From an uncultured Gemmatimonadaceae bacterium (GTDB taxonomy: Bacteria > Gemmatimonadota > Gemmatimonadetes > Gemmatimonadales > Gemmatimonadaceae): a stretch of 64,000 nt of DNA. Both the position numbers and the translations under genes were made by a program. Below, piece after piece: positions 29,622 to 40,509 of the stretch. Under the pieces are notes generated by a model. The model saw only the letters and a program-made list of their open reading frames with translations, did no database searches and was not told where the DNA came from. Numbering within the stretch: position 1 is the stretch's first letter; each line of letters begins with the position of its first letter. The DNA lies in contig CAVUDW010000002.1 of assembly GCA_963740355.1 (NCBI GenBank), forward strand, positions 1,888,001 through 1,952,000, read 5' to 3'.

Positions 29622-30673
29622 CGGATGCGCGCGTACCGGATGGTCGGGAAGCCGCCCGCGCCTGACGTGCCGTAGTATCCGATCACCTGAAGCTTGTAGG
29701 TCTTCGCCCCGTTGCGGATCAGGTAGGTGTTGAACGTCGGGGAGAGGCGCTGGTCATTGTTGAGGTCATAGCGGAACGGACCGCTGATGTCCTCGATCGA
29801 GTTCGGGATCGGGCCGGTGAGCACCGAGAGGTATGGCGCGTACTCTGGCGCGTCGCTGGCCAGCGTGGTGCCGGCAAATCCTGGAGTCGAGGCGCCTGGG
29901 TACGTCCCTGCGTTGCACGCCGAGTTGACGCTGATCTCGTAGATCGCTGGCGACAACAGCAAGTCCCAATTGCATCCAGACGCGGTGACGGCAGTGCCGG
30001 TCGCGAGGTCGATGTTGAGTGGCGTGGAACCGGTCGTGATCGTGAACGACTGTGCGGCGCCAAGCGTGCTGCCGGTCTGGATTCGGGACTCGAAGGTGAC
30101 CGAACCGAGCGCGCGACCGCTGAAGGTGATGCCCGTCACACGGACCAGCGCGAAGCCACCATTGCCGCGACGCACCTTCCAGTAGGCCGCCGCATTGGCC
30201 GTTGGTGCAGCACCACCGACGATGAGGAAGGCGTTCGCGTTCAGGATCAGGCGGTCCGCCTTGAAGAGCGAGTCCGCCGGGATCTGCGCATCGCGGATCG
30301 AGTCGAATGCCGCCAGCGTGTTCTGGTTGGTGAATGCGAGCACCTGCGCGGCGGTCGCGTTCTTGTTGTTGCCGAGCGAGTAGCCCGTGCCGCCAGCCGT
30401 GCCCGATACGCCACCGTTCACGCGCACTTCATAGCGACGGAGGGCGATGTCCCATGTCGAGGTCTTCGGGACCAGTGCCTGCGCGTCGAAGCTGAAGTAG
30501 ACGAGTGTGTCAGTCGAGCTGGCGTTGAGCGGGCCGGAGACCACGATCTCGTTCAGTGCCGCGCCCGTGACTGGATTGACTGTTGGGTCGGTGGTCGATT
30601 CGCTGCACGCTGCCAGCAGCAGCGCACTCGCGGCCGCAAGCAGCGGCGTCCGGAACATCAGTGTCGAAGACAT
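29618..30673 (-). CDS. hmuY: HmuY-family lipoprotein (two HmuY-like halves)
   Basis: LLAAC lipobox; VYFSF..WDIALRR...NGG.SG; C-terminal YKLQVIGYY..G..GFPTIRY. Confidence 0.82.
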   Translation of the reverse strand: MSSTLMFRTPLLAAASALLLAACSESTTDPTVNPVTGAALNEIVVSGPLNASSTDTLVYFSFDAQALVPKTSTWDIALRRYEVRVNGGVSGTAGGTGYSLGNNKNATAAQVLAFTNQNTLAAFDSIRDAQIPADSLFKADRLILNANAFLIVGGAAPTANAAAYWKVRRGNGGFALVRVTGITFSGRALGSVTFESRIQTGSTLGAAQSFTITTGSTPLNIDLATGTAVTASGCNWDLLLSPAIYEISVNSACNAGTYPGASTPGFAGTTLASDAPEYAPYLSVLTGPIPNSIEDISGPFRYDLNNDQRLSPTFNTYLIRNGAKTYKLQVIGYYGTSGAGGFPTIRYARIR

Positions 30674-31207
30674 CAATACCTGCGTCAGTGTCGTGATTGG
30701 CAACGCGATCAATGGCGTTGCGAGTGTGCACGAACTCTGCTCGGACCAGGTGTGCGGCGAAAGTACGGAAGACTACGGACAACACCCGGCGGAAACCCGC
30801 CGTGCCGTGCCCGCGTTGTGCGCACCGTTCGGGCCGTGCGACCGACTGCGCCACGCGGCTGTGATTCGCGACCGCCGGGAGTACATCTTTCATCGCGGCG
30901 TGATCGCCGCGCCGGCAGCGGCATTGGATTCACACCATCTGTTCACACATCGCGATTCCCGGGGGCGGCATGAAGGGAGGAAAGGCGGGCAGGGAGGCGA
31001 AGCGCCCGACGACGCGCGCGGATGCGCAACCGCCGCACCCCAAGGGGCCGTCGCGCGGTGCACCGAAGCGCGACTGGGGTCCGCAGGAGTCCGCCGACGA
31101 GCTGCCGAAGGCTGTGCCGCCGAAGCGTATCAGGCCGGGTCGATAAGGCGCCGGCAAGTCGCGCCTGCTGGCTTGTGCGGACCAGACGCCCCCGGTTCGT
31201 TTCCGGG

Positions 31208-32944
31208 ATGCGTCCATCCCACATCGTTTTCGCCAGTGCGCTCCTCATCAGCGCCAGGCTTGCTTCTGCTCAAGCTCCCGCGTCACCGGCTGCCGCCTTC
31301 TGGGCACCGGTGCGCACCCAGTTCTCCGGTGATCGCGCGAAGGAAACGGTCGCGTTCCTCGATCAGTACGTCCGGTGGCCGGGCAATCGGGGCTTCGACG
31401 CCAGCATTGCGCACATCGTGCAGCGCCTAGAACGCGCCGGATACGTGGCAGAGGCGAAAGCCGCGCCCACCGATCGGCTGACATATCGCGTCGAGAAGTA
31501 TCCGATGGCGGCACCCGCATGGGAGCCCACCGGTGCCTCGCTCGACATCGTCGGTGAAGCAGCGCCGGTGCTGCGGTTCCAGACGAATCGCAACATGCTC
31601 GCGACCAACTCGTACGCGACCCCCGCAGCGGGTGTCGAGGCGGCGTTGGTGGATGCGGGCGACGGCAAGCCCGCCACCCTCGACTCGTTGAACGTGCGGG
31701 GCAAGATCGTGCTCGCCCGGATGAACGTCGGTCGGTTGTTCACCGAGGCGGTCACCAAGCGCGGCGCCATCGGTGTGCTCGCCTATTCGCTGCCGGCCTA
31801 CCTGCAGCCGGAGAAGAACCGCACCTCGATCCAGTTCGGTGGCGTCACGCGCGACACGGTCGCCAAGGCGTGGGGGATCGTGCTCTCGTATGCGGCGCAT
31901 GAACGCCTCAAGGCGGCCATCGCACGCGGTTCGGCACGGGTGCGAGTGTCGACGGCGGCAACCTGGACGCCGAATGCGGTCGAACAGGCGGTGGTGGCCG
32001 AGGTGAAGGGATCGCGCCTGCCCGATGAACGGTTCGTGTTCTCAGCGCATGTGCAGGAACCGGGTGCGAATGACAATGCGTCCGGTGTTGGTGCGCAGGT
32101 CGAGATGGCGCGCGTGGCAGCCAGCCTGTTCAAGGCCGGTACGATCAATCCAGCGCGGACGATCACGATGTTGTGGGGCCTCGAGATCCGGAGCACCGAT
32201 CGGTACATCACGCAGGATTCCGTGCGTGCGCGCGGTATCCGCTGGGGATTGTCGCTGGACATGGTGGGCGAGGATACCCGCAAGACCGGCGGCACATTCC
32301 TCATCGAGAAGATGCCTGATCCTTCCGCAATCTGGACCCGCGGCGATGAGAAGCACACCGAATGGGGCGGCTCGCCGATCACCAAGGCACAGCTCACACC
32401 GCACTACTTCAACGACTTCGTGCTTGCGCGCTGCCTCGAGCAGGCGGCCACGAATGGGTGGACGGTGAAGACCAATCCCTTCGAGGGCGGGAGTGATCAC
32501 ACGCCGTTCCTCAAGGCAAAGAAGCCAGGGCTGTTGTTCTGGCACTTCACCGATCAGTTCTATCACACCGATGGTGATCGCATCGACATGGTGTCGGCTG
32601 ATGAGCTGCGCAACGTCGGCATGTCGGCGCTGGTCAGTGCGCTGGTCCTGACGAGTGCCGACGGTGCGAGCACGCGCGCGATCGTGGCGCAGTTGCAGGC
32701 GGCGGCGCTGGCGCGACTGCAGGTGGAGGCGGCGCTCAGTCGCACTGCCATCGCCGGCGGCGCAACCGTGGCGCAGGAACAGGACATCCTCGAGACCTGG
32801 GCCAGCTGGTACGTCGACGCCATCGGAACGGCGGCCGATATCGAGGTCGGGGGCAGCTCGGCGGAGACGACGGCCGCCATCGTCGACGCAAAGCGCCGCG
32901 TGACAGAGGCGCGGGAGCTGGCTGTCCGGACCCTGCAACGCTGA
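31208..32944 (+). CDS. M28-family metallopeptidase with PA domain, exported
   Basis: SAHVQE, GANDNASG, SLDMVG, GSDHTPF, YHTDGD. Confidence 0.88.
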   Translation: MRPSHIVFASALLISARLASAQAPASPAAAFWAPVRTQFSGDRAKETVAFLDQYVRWPGNRGFDASIAHIVQRLERAGYVAEAKAAPTDRLTYRVEKYPMAAPAWEPTGASLDIVGEAAPVLRFQTNRNMLATNSYATPAAGVEAALVDAGDGKPATLDSLNVRGKIVLARMNVGRLFTEAVTKRGAIGVLAYSLPAYLQPEKNRTSIQFGGVTRDTVAKAWGIVLSYAAHERLKAAIARGSARVRVSTAATWTPNAVEQAVVAEVKGSRLPDERFVFSAHVQEPGANDNASGVGAQVEMARVAASLFKAGTINPARTITMLWGLEIRSTDRYITQDSVRARGIRWGLSLDMVGEDTRKTGGTFLIEKMPDPSAIWTRGDEKHTEWGGSPITKAQLTPHYFNDFVLARCLEQAATNGWTVKTNPFEGGSDHTPFLKAKKPGLLFWHFTDQFYHTDGDRIDMVSADELRNVGMSALVSALVLTSADGASTRAIVAQLQAAALARLQVEAALSRTAIAGGATVAQEQDILETWASWYVDAIGTAADIEVGGSSAETTAAIVDAKRRVTEARELAVRTLQR

Positions 32945-33216
32945 TATCCGAGGCCCGGAGTGACTGATTCTCCCTCTGGCGAGGGGCCCTGGACGGGCCG
33001 CCGGCCGGGGCCTGCGGGGGAGGGGCGGTCAGAGAAAAACGAATTTTCCGGAAATGCCCACTTGCGCGCGCAAACGGTTATATTCTGTTCACGCCGCAGA
33101 TATGCGGCTCCCTTCGTGAGGGTCGTCACGCAGTTCACTGTGGTGAGTATCTGTCGGGAACAGGCGCAAAACGCATGCTCCGGGTTGAAAGCCGCACAAT
33201 TACCAGGAGTATCGCA

Positions 33217-33429
33217 ATGCGTATGTCAGGCACCGTCAAGTGGTTCAACGACGCCAAGGGTTTTGGTTTCATCACGCCGGCTGATGGCCAGAAGGATTGC
33301 TTCGTGCATCATTCTGCCATTCAGGGCAATGGCTTCAAGACGCTTGCCGAAGGCGAAGCCGTCGAGTTCGACATGGTGCAGGGCCAGAAGGGTCCGGCCG
33401 CCGAGAACGTGACGCGCTCAGGCCACTAA
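33217..33429 (+). CDS. cspA: Cold-shock protein
   Basis: [38 protein letters not shown]. Confidence 0.96.
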   Translation: MRMSGTVKWFNDAKGFGFITPADGQKDCFVHHSAIQGNGFKTLAEGEAVEFDMVQGQKGPAAENVTRSGH

Positions 33430-33447
33430 GCTTCACCGCTGTGAACG

Positions 33448-33480
33448 AGGGCCGCTACCGAAAGGTGGCGGTCCTTTTTC
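33448..33480 (+). terminator. Rho-independent terminator of csp
   Basis: AGGGCCGCTACC-GAAA-GGTGGCGGTCCT followed by a T run. Confidence 0.8.
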
Positions 33481-33494
33481 ATATCCGCTCGCGT

Positions 33495-33540
33495 GCAGAA
33501 TGGCGCCCCACCGGATCGAGTCGGTGGGGCGCCTTTCTGC
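33495..33540. terminator. Second hairpin, probable terminator of the convergent kinase
   Basis: GGCGCCCCACCG...CGGTGGGGCGCC. Confidence 0.55.
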
Positions 33541-33614
33541 GTTCTCTTCGGAGTTCGCTTCGGAATTCAGCGCACAGTGAAGGGCAGCGTTCCGTTCAGA
33601 AGACTCGCGCGCGG

Positions 33615-36410
33615 CTACTGCTGCCGTGGTGCCATCGGCTCTTCGTCGAGCGCCTGACGCAACGTGGTGAGGAGCGAGCTGGCCGTGTAGGGTTTGGGCA
33701 GGAAGTGTCGAACGCCTGCCTCCGCCGCCTTCGCCACCGAGCCGTTGGCGGCCAGCCCGCTGGCGGCGATGATGCGCAGCTGCGGGTTCATCTTCCGCAA
33801 CACCCGAATGGTGGTCACGCCATCCATCACGGGCATCATCATGTCGGTCAGCACACAGGCGACGTCCAGCGTGCGGACGGCATACTGCGCGATCGCGTCG
33901 GCCCCATCGGTGGCCAGCATCACCCGGTAGCCGAAGGCTTCGAGCGTCTGGCGCGTGATCTGTCGCACTGACGTTTCGTCATCGATCACGAGGATCAATT
34001 CGTCCTTGCCCCGTGGCAGTGGTGCCGCGGCTTCGGCGTCGGGCTCATGCTCGGCGACGTTCGCGGCGGGCAGGAAGACGCGAAACGTGGTGCCGTTTCC
34101 AGGCTCACTGTAGACGCGAATGAACCCGCCGTGGCTGCGGATGATCGCCAGCGACGTCGAGAGACCGAGCCCGGTGCCCTGGCCCGGCTCCTTGGTGGTG
34201 AAGAACGGGTCGAAGATGCGATCCATCTGGTCGCGCGGGATGCCGGTGCCGGAGTCCTCGACGGCGATCACGACGTACGTGCCGGGGCGTGTCTCGTCGT
34301 TCACGTGTGCCGACCTCGCCTCGATCACGGTCGACTCGCAGGTGATCGTCAGCCGCCCACCTGTCGGCATGGCGTCGCGCGAATTGACGGCGAGGTTGAG
34401 GAGTACCTGGTGCAGCTGCGTCGGATCACCGAGCAGCGCTGGCAACCGCGCCGGGACACGGGTCGACAGCACGATGCCCCGGGGAAAGGTGTCACCGATC
34501 ATGCGTGAGATGTCCGACACCAGCTGCGAGGGATCGACGCGTGCGCGGCGCCCCTCGACGCCGCGCGCGAATGTCAGCACCTGACGCACCATGTCGGCGC
34601 CGCGCTTGGCGCTCGATTCGATCGCGTCCAGTGCCTCGTTCTTCTCATCCTCGGTCATCGGCATCCGCAGCAGGTCGATGCTGAGGAGGATCGGTGCCAG
34701 CACGTTGTTCAGGTCGTGCGCAATACCGCCCGCAAGGGTGCCGATGCTCTCCATGCGTTGCGAACGCAGGAACTGCTGCTCGAGTCGTCGACGCTCTGTC
34801 ACGTCCTGGAAGGCGCCGCGCAGTCGCAGGATCCGGCCGTCGGCATCACGTTCTGCCTCACCGATGGTGCGGCCCCAGAAGCTGCGCCCACTGGCGGCAC
34901 GGAACGCGAGCTCGATGTCGAACGGTGTGCCATCCTGTTCGCAGCGCTCGAGCAAGTCGGCCACCGCCACACGCCAGGAATCCCGGTGCATGGCGAGCGC
35001 CTCCGGTGTGGCGTGCTCGCTCTCTGCCTGCAGGTCGAACAGTTCGAGAATCTCGTTGCTCCAGACCACGCGTCGTTCGGGCAATTCCAGCACCCAGCCG
35101 CCAAGGCGCGCACTGACCGACGCGATGCGCCGCAGCGCCTCGGTCATGCGCAACGCGCGCTCCGCTTCGCGGCGCACGGTGACGTCACGCGCCACGACGA
35201 GGCGGGCATTCCGTCCGTTGAACGCAATCGGCGTCGACGCGATCTCGACGTCGATCAGCGTGCCGTCACGCAGCAGGTGGCGCCAGTCATTCGTCTCCGT
35301 GTAGGCGTGTGGCGAACGGTGCACGGAATCCAGCACGGCCTGTCGATCAGAACTCGGTCGGATGTCGAGAATCGTCAGCGCCGCAAACTCCTCGCGCGAC
35401 CAACCGTACTTGATCGTCGTCACGTCGTTGACGGCGAGGAAGCGAAGCGTCTCGACGTCGTACACCCAGACGGGCTCCGGATGTGCGTCGAAGAGCAGGC
35501 GATACTCTTCCTCGCGCCGTCGCAGCGCGAGCTCCATCTGGCGACGTTCCGACACGTCCTGTGCCGTGCCGCACACCAGCAGTCCGCGATGTGGCCGGCT
35601 GCTGTCCAAGTGGCCGTGTGCCCGCACATGATGCGTTGTCCCATCAGTCGCCACGATGCGGCATTCGATGTCCAGTGGCGCGAGTCCCGCGACGGCGTCT
35701 TCGAGGCCACGTTGGACGATGGGCCGGTCATCGTCGTGCATGGCCGCGAGGCAATCGACCAGCCTGAGTGGCGCGTCGGTCGGCTCGAAGCCGAACATCC
35801 GATACACCTCGGGTGACGCCACGAGCTCGCCGGTCGACATCGACAACTCGAAGCGTCCGAGTCGCGCGACATGCTGTGCTTCGCCGAGATGCGCGCGCAT
35901 CTTCTCGTACAGCAGGCGCTGTTCACGTGCATCGAGCAGTGCCGCCACGTGTCGCGCCAGCTGCGCGAGTGTCGCGACCTGCTCATCGGCGAGCGCGCGT
36001 GGGCGATGATCCATCACGGCCAGCGTGCCGACGGTGTGCCCGGAGCGCGACCGAATCGGGATACCAGCGTAAGAGCGAATGAACGGCTCTCCGGTCACCG
36101 TCGGATTGCGTTCGAAACGTTCGTCGTCGTGCGTGTCCGGCACCAGCAACGGCTGATCGCCTGTGATGGTGTACGCGCAGATGGAGATCCGCCGGTCAGT
36201 CTCGCGAAACTGCATGCCGACGCTGGCCTTGAACCACTGCCGATTTTCGTCCACGAACGTGACGACGGCCATCGGCGTGTCGCAGAGGCGTGCTGCAAAG
36301 GCCACGATGTCGTCGAACTCGGTTTCCGGCGCCGTGTCGAGAATGTGCAACGCGCGAAGTGCGCGGAGCCTCCCTGCTTCGTCAGGCGAATATTTCTCAG
36401 TCGGAAGCAT
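33615..36410 (-). CDS. Cytoplasmic hybrid histidine kinase GAF-PAS-PAS-PAS-HisKA-HATPase-REC
   Basis: EAGRLRALRALHILDT GAF; AHDLNN H-box; DPFFTTK..G.GTGLGL; LVIDD...TDMMMP...KPY receiver. Confidence 0.93.
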   Translation of the reverse strand: MLPTEKYSPDEAGRLRALRALHILDTAPETEFDDIVAFAARLCDTPMAVVTFVDENRQWFKASVGMQFRETDRRISICAYTITGDQPLLVPDTHDDERFERNPTVTGEPFIRSYAGIPIRSRSGHTVGTLAVMDHRPRALADEQVATLAQLARHVAALLDAREQRLLYEKMRAHLGEAQHVARLGRFELSMSTGELVASPEVYRMFGFEPTDAPLRLVDCLAAMHDDDRPIVQRGLEDAVAGLAPLDIECRIVATDGTTHHVRAHGHLDSSRPHRGLLVCGTAQDVSERRQMELALRRREEEYRLLFDAHPEPVWVYDVETLRFLAVNDVTTIKYGWSREEFAALTILDIRPSSDRQAVLDSVHRSPHAYTETNDWRHLLRDGTLIDVEIASTPIAFNGRNARLVVARDVTVRREAERALRMTEALRRIASVSARLGGWVLELPERRVVWSNEILELFDLQAESEHATPEALAMHRDSWRVAVADLLERCEQDGTPFDIELAFRAASGRSFWGRTIGEAERDADGRILRLRGAFQDVTERRRLEQQFLRSQRMESIGTLAGGIAHDLNNVLAPILLSIDLLRMPMTEDEKNEALDAIESSAKRGADMVRQVLTFARGVEGRRARVDPSQLVSDISRMIGDTFPRGIVLSTRVPARLPALLGDPTQLHQVLLNLAVNSRDAMPTGGRLTITCESTVIEARSAHVNDETRPGTYVVIAVEDSGTGIPRDQMDRIFDPFFTTKEPGQGTGLGLSTSLAIIRSHGGFIRVYSEPGNGTTFRVFLPAANVAEHEPDAEAAAPLPRGKDELILVIDDETSVRQITRQTLEAFGYRVMLATDGADAIAQYAVRTLDVACVLTDMMMPVMDGVTTIRVLRKMNPQLRIIAASGLAANGSVAKAAEAGVRHFLPKPYTASSLLTTLRQALDEEPMAPRQQ

Positions 36411-36963
36411 CAGTGGGACGCGAGACGAGACAGACCGCAGGGGAGACAGCGTGTGTTTCGATCGAGTGCCGAACAGACGGCTGCGCACCGTGACATTCGG
36501 GGCGGCGCACCGGAATAGAGTATCGACATGCACGCCGACATGCGTTGCTCGTGTCGCGCCGACATCGCGCGGCCAATAAACGCGTCCTAATGCAGCTGAT
36601 ATTTCACGACTGTACAACTGATCGATCACGTGAGAACGGTGCCGGGACCGCACCACGTCGCCGACGAAGAACTGTGAAACAACCGACGTGTGAATGCGAC
36701 GTGTGACTCGGCGGTTTCAGTCATCGGACACTGGGCGTGCCGCAAACATCCGATGCCGCCGACCTGTGGTGCGTCCGCGGGAGTCCACTGCGAGTGCCGT
36801 GGGCGGTCCACTCGGACGCCTCTGGGAGTCCGCTAGAGTCCCGGCAGTCAACTGGGCCGCAGCCCGCAGGCGGTCCGCTCGGCGTCCGGTGTGCCGCTTC
36901 CGGCGCGTGGATATCTTGCGTTTGTCCCGTCACACGCCGGCACCACCGTCTCTCACCCGAGTT

Positions 36964-37653
36964 ATGACCTCTCCCCGTCGCGACTTCCTTGGCTGGTTCG
37001 GTAGTGCCTCCCTGCTCGGCCTGGCTGGCGCGCCGTCGCTGTTGCGTGCCCAGGGGCGACCCACGGAACGCGAGATCGAGGACCATGCGTTGCCGGTGGC
37101 CGACACCTGGGACATGAGCTGGACCAACCGCGTGACCGGGAAGTACAAGGCCGTCTTCGACTCGCCCGAGGCGTCTGGTGGTGCGGCGATATACCGTGCG
37201 GTGTCGTGGTGCGACCACTACAAGGAGGTGTACGGCGCGGCGCGGACCGAGATGTCGCCGATCGTCGTGCTGCGGCATAAGGGGTTCTATCTCGCCATGA
37301 ACGACGAGTTCTGGTCCCGCTACGAGACCGGCAAGCGTCTCGAAGAGCGCGACGAGAACGGGAAGAAGTGGGCCAAGGCCAACCCCGTCGGTGCGGCGGC
37401 CGCTGCGGCGCATCCGGAGCAGGCGCGCTTTGCACTGCAGGGATTCATCGCCGACGGTGGGATCGCGCTGGTCTGCGGCTGGTCCTTCGGCGGCGCCGCG
37501 TCGCAGATCGCGAAGGCAGAGAAGCTCGAGAAGGACGCCGCCAGGGCACGCGCCAAGGAGATGATGATTCCCGGTTGCATCCTGCAGCCGAATGGCATCT
37601 TTGCGGCGCTTCGTGCGCAAGAAGCCGGCTGCGGCTACATCGACGCCAGCTGA
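36964..37653 (+). CDS. Tat-exported protein, DsrE-like fold probable
   Basis: SPRRDFLG leader; KAVFDSP..IVVLRH..LVCGWS..ALRAQEAGCGYI. Confidence 0.75.
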   Translation: MTSPRRDFLGWFGSASLLGLAGAPSLLRAQGRPTEREIEDHALPVADTWDMSWTNRVTGKYKAVFDSPEASGGAAIYRAVSWCDHYKEVYGAARTEMSPIVVLRHKGFYLAMNDEFWSRYETGKRLEERDENGKKWAKANPVGAAAAAAHPEQARFALQGFIADGGIALVCGWSFGGAASQIAKAEKLEKDAARARAKEMMIPGCILQPNGIFAALRAQEAGCGYIDAS

Positions 37654-37677
37654 GTTGGCAGCGTCGTCGTCGGGTCG

Positions 37678-38548
37678 CTAATTCGCGGCCCGACGTTCGA
37701 GCAGGAGAATGCCGCTGAAGTACTTCCGTGCGTCGCGCACCTTCTGTGGCGCGAGACGGCCAAGCCAACGAAAGAATTTCGCGTACCGAAAGGCGCGATT
37801 GAGCCGCAGCGCTTCGTCGAGGAAGGGGCGGTATTCCTGCTCCTTCCAACCGAACGGCAGGAACCAGGCAGGTCCCTCCGCTGGACCAAAAAGAAATGGC
37901 GCGTTGCTCGCCAGCTCACTCTTGCCCCAGCTGCGCTCCATCATCTTGATCAACCCGGGACTGGCAAGATCGGTGAGCCAATTGGTTGCCGTTCGCATAG
38001 CATGCGACATCGACTGCGAACGCGCGCACTGCGGCCTCCGGCAGGTACAGCAACAACCCTTCGGTGATCACCAGTGTCCGCGTCGCACCGGCATCGACAC
38101 TCTCGAACAGCGCCTTGCGCGCACTGGCGTCGGCGAGGTCGACCACGCGCGATTCGTAACGACAGACCGGTGTCTCGCCGGCCATCGCATTTGCCTTGTA
38201 GTTGACCATGACCTCCTGGTCGACATCGATCCAGTGCAGGGAGGGAGGCAGGGTCATCCGCCACGCACGGGTATCCAGTCCTGCGGCGAGGTTCAGCACC
38301 GTGTCGACACCGTTGCTCACCAGTCGTGTGATGATCTCGTCCATCACGACGGTGCGAACGATGATCGCCCAGGCCGTCTGCCTGCCCTGCGGCAGCGCTT
38401 CGACGATCGCCTCGCCATGTGCGCCGGCGAGACGTCGCGCGAAGGGATCATGAAACAGCGCATCCGGACGTTCGCTCTCCATCGCGCGGTATACCGCGAC
38501 CCAGCGCGCCGTGTCGGCGACGCCAGCGATCAGCGAGGGCGCAGGCAC
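37678..38548 (-). pseudogene. LCM-family SAM-dependent methyltransferase split by a 1-nt frameshift near 38005
   Basis: N-part TARWVAVYRA.ES.RPDALFHDPFA, LAAGLDTRAWR, ITEGLLLYL; C-part WLTDL...APFLFGP..FGW lies in the next frame. Confidence 0.8.
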
Positions 38549-38562
38549 GGAGCCTCGGGCCG

Positions 38563-39153
38563 TCAGCGGCGTCCGCTGCGCGGACGCTCCGGGACGGCCT
38601 TCTTCAGGTCATTCGTCTGGTCTTCGAGCAGCTTCGTCGCGCGTTCCTTCTGCGTGTCATCCACGAGCGCGAGACAGGCGGCGACATTCGCGGGACGACG
38701 CGTCAGCAGCTCCTCGTGCACGGTCACCATCGCCAGCATCTGCTCGCGCAGGCGTGACATCTCTTCCGGGCTCGGTGGCTCACCGCCACCACCTTGTCCG
38801 GCCTGCTCGAGCGACTTCGGGATCTTGAAGTCACGACGGACGGCGTCATACCGCACGAGCAGGTCGGCGTTCTGCTCGAACAGTGTCGCGCGGAGCGCCG
38901 TGAGCTGCGTCACCTGATCCTCGGTGAGCTTCAGCTTGCGCGATTCCTTGAGCAGGGCGTCGGCGGCGTTGAATGTTTCCAGTTCCTTCGCCGTCGCGAA
39001 CTTCGGCATCTGGTTGCGCGGGCCAGGGGGCCCGCCGCCCATGCCACCGCCTCGCCTGCCGCCACCCATGCCGCCCATCCCACCCATGCCTTGGGCGAGG
39101 AGCGCAGAAGGCAGCACGGCGAGCAGCACGAGAGTGGAGAAAAACCGTTTCAT
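38563..39153 (-). CDS. Exported helical protein, Spy/CpxP-like
   Basis: Signal ending LLAQ; Gly/Met-rich linker; LKLTEDQVTQL. Confidence 0.7.
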   Translation of the reverse strand: MKRFFSTLVLLAVLPSALLAQGMGGMGGMGGGRRGGGMGGGPPGPRNQMPKFATAKELETFNAADALLKESRKLKLTEDQVTQLTALRATLFEQNADLLVRYDAVRRDFKIPKSLEQAGQGGGGEPPSPEEMSRLREQMLAMVTVHEELLTRRPANVAACLALVDDTQKERATKLLEDQTNDLKKAVPERPRSGRR

Positions 39154-39247
39154 GGGATCACACCCGGCTCGGGAAGATTGACGCGTAACCGGTATACTTC
39201 AGATCGTCGGCCACGTTCCTGAAAGTTATCACGTCCTCCCGCCTCAC

Positions 39248-40498
39248 ATGCGAGTCTTGCTGCGCCTGATCGCCGTGACGATTCTCCTCGCCATCGTCGG
39301 CATCGTTGCGCTCCCGTTTCTCGCACTGGAGGACACGGCGCTAGTGGCGGACGATGCGGGAACCTCGGTCACTGATATCCGTCGTGCTCGCTCCCTGGTG
39401 GCGGCAAACGATCCCCGGAAGGGTGGGGCAGGCAAGGAGCGGGTGGCAACACTCTCCGGTGAGGACGCCAACCTGCTGCTGAAGCTGGGGGCGACCAAGG
39501 TTCGCTCGGGCGCTGGCCGCGTCCAGCTTGGCGCAGGCACGGCCGATCTCGAATTCACGGTCGAGGCGCCGGCCAATCCGATCGGTCGCTGGATCAACCT
39601 GCGCGCCACCATGCACGATGCGCCCGGTCTGCCAGCGCTCGAGAAGGTACGCGTGGGCGCAGTACCGGTGCCGTCGTTCCTCGTCGGTGCACTTCTCACT
39701 CGACTCGGCGATCGCGGCGTCGTCGGCGACGGCCTGGCACTGGCCCGCAACTCGGTGCGCGGCGTTGTCTTCACGCCATCACAGGCGACTGTCCGATACG
39801 CGTGGTCCGCCGAGACGGCGAGACAGATCCGTGCGACCGTGGCGCCAGGCAGCAACACGGAGAGCCTGCGCGCCTACTCCGCACTGCTAGCCACGACCAT
39901 CGCGTCAGATCGGAGTGGAAAAGCGATCCCGTTGGTTCGGTTGCTGCCGCCGCTCTTCGCCCTCGCCGCAGAGCGAGCCGCCGCCGGCGATCCCGCAGCA
40001 GAAAACAGCGCCGTGCTGCTCACGCTGACAGCGTACGTGACGCGCCATCGCCTGCAGGCCATCGTTGGTAATCAGCCGGATTGGCCGACGCCAGCGCGCC
40101 GCACGGTGACACTCGCCGACCGCGACGACTATCCGAAGCACTTCCTGCTGTCGGCCCTGATCGCCGCCGAGGGAAACGCCGGCCTGTCCGACATTGCCGG
40201 CGTGACGAAGGAACTCGACGATGCGCGCGGTGGCAGCGGCTTCAGCTTCACTGACATTGCGGCTGATCGCGCAGGGACCCGATTCGGGCGGCTTGCGGTG
40301 GATGACCCTCAGGCGCTGCAGGCGCGAGTGACGGCGACGCTGCAGGAGCGGGACTTCATGCCAGCGGTGGCTGACTTGCCGGAGTTCATGGCGGATGCGG
40401 TGTTCCGTGAACGTTTCGGCGGCGTTGGTGAGCCGAAGTACGTTGCCATGATGGAGAAGATCGAGTCGCGGATCGCGGCACTTCCGATGTACCGCTGA
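39248..40498 (+). CDS. Membrane-anchored hypothetical protein with C-terminal YfiM-like motif
   Basis: N-terminal TM; KHFLLSA...KELDD..GGSGFSFTDIAADRAG resembles the YfiM signature. Confidence 0.7.
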   Translation: MRVLLRLIAVTILLAIVGIVALPFLALEDTALVADDAGTSVTDIRRARSLVAANDPRKGGAGKERVATLSGEDANLLLKLGATKVRSGAGRVQLGAGTADLEFTVEAPANPIGRWINLRATMHDAPGLPALEKVRVGAVPVPSFLVGALLTRLGDRGVVGDGLALARNSVRGVVFTPSQATVRYAWSAETARQIRATVAPGSNTESLRAYSALLATTIASDRSGKAIPLVRLLPPLFALAAERAAAGDPAAENSAVLLTLTAYVTRHRLQAIVGNQPDWPTPARRTVTLADRDDYPKHFLLSALIAAEGNAGLSDIAGVTKELDDARGGSGFSFTDIAADRAGTRFGRLAVDDPQALQARVTATLQERDFMPAVADLPEFMADAVFRERFGGVGEPKYVAMMEKIESRIAALPMYR

Positions 40499-40509
40499 TC
40501 CGCAGCCGA

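Noticed and set aside
30900..30965. Cobalamin riboswitch upstream of hmuY (GGTGTGAATCC on the minus strand)
   Set aside because: The adjacent GGGAA, CCCGC-ACTGT and B12-box elements are missing or misplaced; an Infernal/Rfam search would settle it.
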